Shown here piece after piece: positions 54,458 to 64,000 of a stretch of DNA of 64,000 nt. Source of the DNA: Ophelia neglecta (Eukaryota); assembly GCA_965285935.1 (NCBI GenBank), contig OZ260664.1, positions 70,184,001-70,248,000 of the forward strand. The letters are read 5' to 3'. The notes beneath the pieces are model-generated. The model was given only the letters and a program-made list of their open reading frames with translations, was not told the DNA's origin and did no database searches. Each line of letters opens with the position of its first letter. Positions within the stretch are counted from its first letter, which is position 1. A program made the position numbers and the translations under genes.

Positions 54458-54635
54458 AACGGGTAGATATCCGGCCAAAATTAGTCCATTAATTTTGTCC
54501 AAATCATCGGAAACCAGTAGCCGCAGAACCAGACACAAGTTTAAAGCAATTTCCAGCTCACAAATAGTAAATACCCATATACCAAAGTAAAACACGCGAA
54601 AAAAATTCCTGGGCAGGATTTTTAATTTTACTTTT
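54458..54635 (-). repeat. Dispersed repeat family, copy 3 of 4
   Basis: Minus strand TATTTACTATTTGTGAGCTGGAAATTG...CTGCGGCTACTGGTTTCCGATGATTTGGAC...AATGGACTA. Confidence 0.6.
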
Positions 54636-54869
54636 ATTGTGATTGATAATTCGTGCATCTGTAAAATACGATATTAAAACAGCATATAAAGCAAATGCAC
54701 TTGGCCCTTAAACACTCAAGAGAAAACTTGCCAAGATTGCTGGTTGCACCACGGCATTACACTGGCGGCGAGTAAAGATAGACCAGCTATAGTCTTATAA
54801 ATAAAAATTTATCCTACATAGGTTTGTTATAGTCTTGGCCTCTGTTATTGATGGCTAGGCAACATGCTG

Positions 54870-55250
54870 TTTTGTAACAAACTGCTTGTTCTTGATGATT
54901 TCGGACGGCTTTAATGGAGTATTCGACGTCAAAGATGTGGCTTTGTCTGCCGGGTACCACTCCAGTTATTCATCTCCATAGCCAGCTTTGTCTGTCCATC
55001 TTTATAGTGAATGTCGTAGTTTTTATGTTTAAATACCTTTAACAATTATGGGTGCATTATCGTAGCACAGCCATCATAAGTAGATACAAAAGGAGAATAC
55101 AAAGTATATTCTTAAGACTTGCGTAATGTCGGTTAAGTGCCTCCTGCTCTGTCTTCATTATGCGTTCAGTCATCAAATATAGTGCTCTGTCCATAACATC
55201 TTCGATTGGAGAATTATAATCAGCTTGTGGATGCTCTTTCGGCTTCTTGG
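54870..55250 (-). mobile_element. RTE APE endonuclease remnant
   Basis: ADYNS (compare GDFN), FSFC..WLCYDN, KDGQTK and IFDV in the expected order, with frameshifts. Confidence 0.35.
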
Positions 55251-56834
55251 TGTTACTTCGGCGTCTGCTGATTCTAAGACAGGGAAAGGAGAGAAATTGT
55301 CTCATATATGGCCGTTTTCTTATAGAGTTTTAAAATGTTTTCCGGTTTGAAAATGTGACGATTCAGAAACAATTGAAAATTAGTATCATTACTTCTAGTT
55401 CAGCCATTGGAACAGTTACCATTAAAGAAGAGACTTGCAGTCGTTTCAAGTACATTTGATACGAAAGTTCAGTGCAATGTCTTTGTACAAGGTTGTTTTG
55501 TTAAGTTTCTTTTAAACTATCATAATTATAAAATTTGCCATTTTTTAAGTTGTTAAGCTTAACCTAATTACTCACTGCCGGTCGATTCGATTTGTTAACA
55601 CTTTGAACCTTCTAATTTAGCAACTAACGAGAATACTGTCAATGGGTGACTTAATAAAATGGCGTTGTAATTTTTAATTGTTTCTGGATGAACATAGCCA
55701 TGAACGATTACAACCAAATTTACAAGGTCTCGCAAAATGATACGTTGATGAAGCTGTTAACCACCCTTAAACTAAATAAGGAAATAAGCATTTGCCCCTA
55801 CTTCCAATGCACTTCAGTGGACTCGTAACTGAGGAGGTTAAATGATTTTTATATTCCCAACACAAGCAATGAAGTAGACAGCGTCGACAAAGAATTTAAA
55901 CTATCTGTAACAAGTTTTGATTCGGGGTAGATGACAAAGCTTAATAAATAATCAAGAAACATTCTGTTAAATCAAGAACCGTCTGCTGTAGGTACAAGCC
56001 ATATTTTTCTTCATGTTTTTGTTCTATCAGATTACGATGAGGAGATCAACTATTTAATGCAATGATAAGTGACCTGCCAAGGTTCGCGTAAAGCCTAGCT
56101 TCCAAATGAACAAGTTTTATCATATTTCGCGAAAACTGTTAAATATTTTTCAAATTGTAGTCGTATCAACATACATATTATTGTCATATGCTGATGTGGA
56201 AATCCGATTATTTCCAAAATTGGTTATCCGTATTAAATAATTCTCATCCAATTTATCGAAGAAAAAAGAATTTGGCATTGACTTAACATATGATTCCTAC
56301 CCATAACGTCAATGATTGATTTCTATCTGACCAAAGAGTATCTTCCAGCTGATTTATGTGTGCGCCAGTCTAGACCCATTCTGATAATGGCCATACATTC
56401 ACATATCTTGGCACATCTGAAGTCTGAATCTTGGAAAAATCTCATGATTTGGGAGGACTCTCCAACTCATATAAACGCAAGACAAACCCGTTATTCAGAT
56501 AAACGTTCTTTACAGCATAGTTATAGTTTTCTGCAAGTTTATATATCCAGAGCACAATAATAATCATAACTAGCTGCAATGCAATGTAAAAATTATATTA
56601 GCCTGTTCATGCCAAAGGCAGCTGCATAATTCACCAAACCCGTTAGGATAAAGATAAACAGCAATATAATGTATGAATCTATAAATTTTAATATATTGTG
56701 TAAAAAAAACAAAATTATTTTCATGTGATTCGTGATTGCTTCACCTGCAATGTAAGCAGCTGTCTAGTTTTCCACAATATGGCACTACCAACCCAGGGAA
56801 CTAATAGTTGCTGTGTTCAAAAACGGGAGTGGTT

Positions 56835-57030
56835 AACCGGCAGATAAAGAAAAATCGTTAGTGCAGAATAGTCCATTGAATCGGTCCGAAATCAGGAACC
56901 AGCAGACACAGCTGCACAAACGCCAATACATCAATGTCCACCTCCCAAACATTAAATAAACTTTGAATGAAAATAGTATTTGATGAAAACATAAATTTGA
57001 TATCACTTGCATTGAAAAGTAATTTTCTAT
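56835..57030 (-). repeat. Dispersed repeat family, copy 4 of 4
   Basis: Minus strand AAGTGATATC...TATTTAATGTTTGGGAGGTGGACATTGATGTAT...CTGCTGGTTCCTGATTTCGGACC...CTGCCGGTT. Confidence 0.75.
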
Positions 57031-57290
57031 GATGCGGGTCAGAACACAACACAAAAGAGTCTGTGGTGAACGTAGAACTGAGATGAAATACCCAAAGAAA
57101 AGATACGCACTGTTAGGGAGATCAGATGATACTGAAACCCTTAGCTGCAACATCTTCACTTTATGGACAGCTAGGAAAATTCTTAATGGGAATCAAAACA
57201 ATACCCCTCTTCACCGAAGACGGTGATGATCTGGAGCATCTGCTCCTACGATTTCCTTCAATAGTGAAAGAGGAGCAACTTTTACTCCGT
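57030..57290 (+). mobile_element. RTE-X/Daphne-like LINE ORF2 3' end with degenerate CCHC finger
   Basis: IFTLWTARKILNGNQN then PLFTEDGDDLEHLLLRFP (compare CPLCxxxxEDxxHFLLxCP). A TA-rich microsatellite follows at about 57387-57410. Confidence 0.5.
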
Positions 57291-59014
57291 TAAAGGCAAA
57301 TGTCTGAGCACACCATAAGTTCAGCTAGACTTATACTATATTGTGAGAACTATCCAGTTCCCAAGCGTTTTTCTACATTGGTAGCGATATATATATATAT
57401 GTATATATGTGTGAAATAGATGTAATGTGTAATATAAATTTTGTTTTATTTTATCCCGTTTGGGCAACTGAAATAAACCGGAGGCAACAATATCGTGGAT
57501 AACCAGAATGATGGCTCACGAGTCTATGAGTATAAGTAATAATTTTATTTGATTGGATCCCTTTGTAAATATTATTCCGCAAAATAAACGGCACACGAAT
57601 CATCAAATATGATTTGTTTAATTACCCTGCTATGCTTCTGGTAATTAGCGCAAATTTACATGTGAGGGGGAAAACCGAAACAATGGTACTTAATCAGTTG
57701 TTCATAGGTAATTTATGCTATTTATCGAGTAATATCTAATATTAATGTTACTTTTATTTCCATAAACGCCGATGTAATCCCTTCATTACGGCTTCCGTTT
57801 CACGATCATCAAAGCTGGGATCATAAACGTACTTATCGAAGAACGAGATAGCGGCAATATACTATCATGCCTTTGCCGCATTATCATACTGATATGGCAT
57901 ATATGATACTGAACATTTTTATCCAGAAACCTGCACGAGGAAAAAGATGAGTAGAGGATATTTTAAGGTAACGTTTAAAACATTGTTTCCGTGAATTGAA
58001 TCAGAACAGTTTAGGTCATTTGCTGAGTCCGTTGTTAGCCTATTCCAAGTTAGCAAAAATGAATTAATCACCACCGAGCAGAAGAGGAAACCACTTTAGG
58101 CGAATCTAAAGTAGAATTGGTCTATATGTATCTATAGTTTGCGTCGGACTTCTTTCACTAAGCCCAATACAAGACACATAATCATAATATATCCTGTCAC
58201 TGTGCTTGTGCGAGTACTAGATACTAATAACGTCTAAATGCAATAAGATTAATACCCCCGAATTCCCTGGTTTATTCTCCCGTGTAGCTAGTATATCACA
58301 CTTTGTGTGGTCTTCACTCGCATCTTTTGTATTATTGCCAACCAATATCTATTGTTCATTATACCGGAGCGAAATAAGGAGGCATGTTTGTGTTAAAACC
58401 CACTCAAGCTGATCTGTTTTCAGTTGTGCTTCGTTGATCCATTTCTTCACCGTAATAATACTCACAGGCTAGTCGAGCCCAACCATTGTTTCTGCTATGT
58501 GATCAATCATATGCATGACAGCAGGAGACAAAAGGGAACTGATACCCGAAGGACAAAATAAACAAATATTGTTCGAAAATACGGTTACATCAACTGCATT
58601 TGTTAGAAAAAGCCAACTACAGTAAAAGGAAACATCATTTTTTATGACAACAATTGGTCGAATATTCGAAACTAAAAATGTTCTAGACAACTGACGAAGT
58701 TATGATATCGTTTTGTTGTGATGAGTATTCGGATTTTGGATTGTTTGGTTTATGAAGGGAATGACAGACTTACGAGTAGGGTTAAATTTGCGTGTACTTA
58801 AAAGTCAGTACACTTATAAGCAAAGTCAACGTAACTGCTGATTTTAAATGCACGCAACGTATAACCCTGTAGAGATTATGTGTTTTGTTTTCTTTTATGG
58901 CTAGGACGGGGGATGCACGCTGTGTCAGCATTATATGACATAGTTGGGGAGTTGGGGCCAGTCGACGGTGATGCTTGTTCCATTGTATTCATCAGGTTAA
59001 TTTTCAATGCAGTT

Positions 59015-59520
59015 TATTATTAACAGTTATCCGCGATTGAGCAGAAGCGAATTAGCGGATAATTGTTTTGTACCCATCTGTGAGTAATACTACAGCCCGT
59101 ATACAGCCGCATGTCCAGTGTCGCTCGGGGTGAGATGTCTCGCCGCGAGACTTACCGAGCGATACTTGGACAGGCCGAGCTATTCACCCACCATAGCCGT
59201 CATTCTAGCCTGGTCGGCCAGTCAGGTAACATCTATTAAAATATTTTTGTGACGTCACTCTATTCAGAGAGCAGTAGATTCGGAAGCACGAATCTACTGC
59301 AGACAGTAGATTCGTACACTATCACCAGTAGATTCGTGCATACTGGATTGCACGAATCTACTGCATAATAATATGCGTTTGCCGGCGACTCATTCCGCCG
59401 TCCAGTGGTTTTTTTAAAAACACTAAATCCCGATCATGGAAGTGATTCGTGCAGATCGAATCACCTCGGAGCTATCGCGCCTCGGTGATTCGACAGCACC
59501 AATCTATCGCTCCTCGTCAA
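59015..59520. mobile_element. Hairpin-rich non-autonomous element(s), Crypton-like
   Basis: Inverted repeats at 59022-59067, 59112-59172, 59271-59300, 59326-59363 and 59456-59493, a repeated CAGTAGATTCG motif, and a GTGACGTCAC palindrome at 59249-59258. The family call is inferred. Confidence 0.55.
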
Positions 59521-62109
59521 TTCTCCTACACATACCCACCCACCCCACCCCCGTCCCATCCCCCTTGAACGAAACAAAATGTGTTAAAGTTCTGCTTTTC
59601 AGTCTTTATTGCAGGAACAGAAAGCGATATGACGAAAATTGCCTAGGAAAACTTTGAAAAGAGTTAAAGCGATCAATTTCCGATGTAAACTGAAATAAAA
59701 ATAAAAATATCTTTCTGATTGTCGTCTAAACCAACAGCGGCAAACCTATTTATTCGTTTTGTTTTTATTTCAAATTTTAAAAAATTTGCTCAAAAAATAA
59801 ATAAAAACAAAATTACGAATAGAATATTGGTACAATTTGTATTATAAACGGTTTTGGTCTTGGTGGTCGCGGCTATTATGGTATTTCCCCATACTATAGC
59901 TAGCCTTGTAGTGAGTTTACTATGGAACGTTATTCTGCAGTTAAGTTTGTTGGCTTACCGCTCGCTAATTTAAAAATTACGACATGTCCGTGGTCTTCAA
60001 TACGTGATCTGGAATATCTAACCTTGCAGTGCTCCACTCGGGATACGAGTTCTTAAGAGGTTTTAAACATTTAGTTCCCTAGGCTGCATTTCAACAAACC
60101 AAGAAATTCACAAAGGAATGTTTCAAGCCTAATAACCTTATTGCGACCCGTCTAGTTAGCGTAACTTACATCACAATTCGTTTGTTGTTTTTCCTATTTT
60201 CACGAGACAATGAGACAATTTAATCGATAGTCACACAGTTATAGCTTAGCTGAGTATATCATCTATGGCATATTCTATCTTCGCTCTACTATGACGAAAG
60301 CAGTGTTTCCTTTTCAAGTTTCCTTTTCTCGACACAAACTGTTGAAACCTCCCTGAGTGACAATAAACCCTGAAGTACTAAACGCTGGACATACCTATTT
60401 TCCCGTATAGCATAATTGACTTCCGGAATAGCCCAGTAGTGTCATATCACAAATACAGTGACCTATTTTCTTTGATCAAATACATGCCTATATTTCCAGC
60501 TCCTTTGCATATATTAAATATGTCTATTCTTCCTCTGTTTACCATATGAAATTACATTTATTTTCCCCGGTCATATATACATTCTTCATGTACCAGTTTG
60601 TATTGGGTAAAAAGGCAGGTTTATTGTCTTGTGGCCAGTTTTGTATCTTGTGTGTTTTCCTGTCAATTACGACCTATATTTGCTTGAGTAGCCATTGTAT
60701 TGATCTCAACTGACATCTCGTCACTTGTGTCATCTTCATTTCCAGTTGTCCATCTAGCCATTGGCCCCTAGCCAATAGACTCGTCAAGGTCCCGGGCTGG
60801 AGTGCCAGGGCTAGCATCGATTCTCAATATAGACCGTCGGTTGACAGTTAAGATAGTATTGAGTTGTTGAGAAATAATCTGATTGATTTCCATGAATGCC
60901 TTTAAGTATATTCAAACCTTATTAATAAGCTACCACCTATTATATCGACATCCCATCCGAAGTCTATCGAGTCACCACAAACGCCTTGAACCACTGCGAT
61001 AAGTGTTAAGTACATGTATGCTAACTGGCATCAAAATAAGTTTTCTTCCGTGACATTGGTCGATTGGGATGATTTGGAAATCCAAGTTACCAAAACGGAG
61101 TCAGGTTACATTTCACTGACTATTTTTTTCCCTGATTCTACATATTACGCTTTATTAATAATATGTTGACATATCTGATGGTGAATAAAAAGGCATTGGA
61201 TACCCGTAAGGACATGCATGCAATGAATATCATTTAACACATTGTGAAAACATGACATTGATGGCAGTGTTTTCCACTGGATCCTTTTGACCATAAATGG
61301 TTGTGTAAACGAATTAATCACCTAACTTGCTACGATCATAGTTTATTATCTAACCGCTGAAATTATAACATGTTTATTGGCAAACAAAGAAAGTAAATCA
61401 GTTAAAGGCAACTTCTAAGTCGCATTGGAGGTCATCGCTTCATCGCCTAGGGCAGTGATTAATATGAATATATTTAATGCAAAAACAGTTTAATGAAACG
61501 GGCAACAAAAAAATGTCGCAGGCTATCACAGGACGTCAAGCATGACAAAAAAAGTAGAAGAAACAATAAGCAATTTTCCCCACAGTTTGTGATTATGTTA
61601 TACAAAGAAGTGTCATGCCACATTAGTAATTAACGTTTAAGCGGGTAAGTGTTCTCAACTGCAGGAAGTAAATACACTCGTTGTTCACTGTATATGTTTT
61701 TTTCACTTTAATTGCAAAACCTTTGTTGCATAAACTGAGTTTCCTTTTAGAGTTTGTAAGACATAAATTACCTATACATAAATGATGGATAGTCTCATTT
61801 CAAGGGGTAGTACCTGTTAGGAATACTGTTTAATGATTCATATTGTTTGAACCAAGATAGTGCAAGGGTCTAAATGCGTTGATGTCTCAATTTCTCTGAT
61901 ACACTCAAAGAAATTTTTTCCACAGTATGGTGCAAGTTTGGAATGAAATCGCGCTAGAATCTACAAGACTATATGTAATAAATCGTCTGCATAAATAATT
62001 CGATAGGAAATGAGTATCGATGAAAGATTTATATTAAGTTATATAACAGATTTGACCATTACTTATTCAGATATACCTGAGCTACCAGGATAAGCCAGGT
62101 TATAATCGT

Positions 62110-62410
62110 ACGTGTGATGTATGCCGACACAGGTTATCATCACCCCTGGGTACCCGCTCATTAGATATCAGGGAAGCATCTTTACTTTTATCTATAAGGA
62201 CGGGAGCTTACAATAAAAATATTCAAAATACTGGAAACTGAAGCTCCCATGATCCATTTGCGAAATGCATAAATTCCTGTTCGCTAGCAAGTACTGTTCA
62301 TTGTGCACAGAGCGATCAAATGCCACTAGGAGTAGCAAAAGACAAACTGTTGTATCATGGGTGCTGCTGTTAAATACTTCATCAAATTTTATACTGATAC
62401 CTTTTTGAAG
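62110..62410 (-). mobile_element. CR1/L2 RT remnant
   Basis: TTVCLLLLLVAFDRSVH..YLL (compare LLDLSAAFDTVDHxxLL), GSFSFQYFEY, and GGGTACCCAGGGG (a degenerate GVPQG codon string). Confidence 0.55.
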
Positions 62411-64000
62411 CAAGAAAGAGAATGTAACATTTTTATTGTCAATCAGCCATCTTTGCTTTATTAAAAAGGATAACTAAGATCATGATTGTTCACAAATGCA
62501 AGCAGGAAGCGTCGGATGCTCCAGGGACCTTCTAATGCGCGGATTGAGGCAAAGTGCAAGTGGCCGGCGCGCGCCGTCTGCGATAAAACAGCGTTTTTCT
62601 TCTCGTATATTGACTCGTGCTGTTGCGATTCGCGCCATAACACGACTTCCTCCGCGAGAGAACAATGCCTACTAAAGTGCTTTATTCCCCATTGGTGGCA
62701 TTCAGCCATCGGCATCTCATAAGCTGACTTCTAGCTTAAGGTACTTCGGAAAGAAATCGCCTGCGAAGCACGGAATTCTACCTATAACTTTAAATTAATG
62801 AAGTGTGCTCACAAACTGCGAGTTTCGCCGTGACTAAATGCATCATTAAGACAATTGAATGGAATAGCTGTAAATAGAATTGCTTTTTATGCGAGGCTCA
62901 AATATTTTACAATGGCGCTATTTGGCAGCAAATATTGGAGGGTAGCTTTCTTGTTCTCGTGGATAAGGTGAGTCCCTTTTCATTGTCTTGCCCTCATTTG
63001 TTATTACTATTTTAGCTTTTCCTCACAGATGGCCTTCTATTCATATATTCTATTTAGGAGTATTCTCTGTTACGCCCACGTTTGTTGGTAATTGGAAAAC
63101 AAAGGTATTCAATAAATGAACAAAACACAGTAATGCATCACAAATGACCCTTTCTTCTTTGGGTTGCCCTCGTCTGTATTTTTTCTTTGGAGAAAAAAGT
63201 TGCAACACCTACCTGTTGACTGCTTCTAGGCGGTCCAACAGTGCGATAAAAGCGTACTTTTGAAATGCAGTTAATTGTCGGAAAGTCGAGTCGCTATTGC
63301 AACAGCTATTCATAATTTGCATCCTGCCATTGCTCCGGCATCAATAGTCTCATCACAGAGGCCTCTAGGTTAGTTAGGTGCCAATAAGTCACTATGGCTA
63401 GCGTGATACACTTAGCAAGTGGTCATTGGTTAATAGGAAGGGTTATCAGCGTTGACTATATGATAAATCAAGACTGCAGGGCATAAACTCTACTGTAAGG
63501 GTTTTATTCAAACCAGTGACATTATTTGTGCATTAATAAATACTAGAACACAGGATTCCTAAAAGGGTGCGGGAAACATATATGTTATGGAAGACAAACA
63601 AATCCTGAATCCCGGGCCGAAGCCTCAAGACGCGAGGAATCCCTGGGGTACACTTTGCTGCTGGATCAAGCAATAAAAAAGTCTGTGATTATTTAATCTT
63701 GCAGACAAACCGCCGGCCTCTCTTTTGTCCCTGTTTGTTTGAGACCTGCGTTGAAACGGAAGAGGAAATTAATGGCCGGATTTCATGCCTGGTGGTCGAT
63801 AAAATGCGGGACTCGAACTAAAGACTTATTAGGTGATCAGAAGAGAGGCCGGGACAGACAAATGATTTGTAGTGCCTGGTCTATTCAATCACAAAGATGC
63901 AACTTGTACGATAAGAAGAAAATACATTTTTTTACTATATTTATTACCATGCGTATTAACGACGCAGGCAAATGTAGGGCTATCGTCCGCTAGGAAATAT

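Noticed and set aside
56300-56560. Possible LINE 3' relic (AIIRMG...GRY) on the minus strand
   Set aside because: Only two short motifs, which is insufficient.

Overview
This is AT-rich eukaryotic non-coding DNA, either intergenic or from a large intron. The repeat repertoire suggests a marine invertebrate such as an echinoderm or mollusc (inference). I see no intact protein-coding gene, rRNA, tRNA or CRISPR array. The listed ORFs are all short (118 aa or less) and are either chance ORFs or pieces of decayed retroelements. The sequence supports the following. (1) About 17 frameshifted non-LTR retrotransposon remnants (CR1/L2, RTE, RTE-X/Daphne-like, one RNase H piece) plus a BEL/Pao-type gag relic. 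(2) One structurally intact 740-bp PIF/Harbinger-type MITE with 15-bp TIRs and a TAA target duplication, and a related GC-rich element at 13.8-14.4 kb. (3) An Academ-like DNA transposon end carrying three RFX X-box-like motifs. (4) A dense cluster of nested hairpins at 59.0-59.5 kb, resembling non-autonomous Crypton-like elements. (5) Several unannotated dispersed repeats, including a four-copy family of about 200 bp and two repeat pairs. (6) Eroded minisatellites and two degenerate minimal-hammerhead-like motifs. (7) A candidate minus-strand TATA promoter with a first exon and canonical donor at about 16.5 kb. I cannot support a truly new biological system here; the best leads are listed as findings. 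All family assignments come from motif recognition by eye, with no database search.
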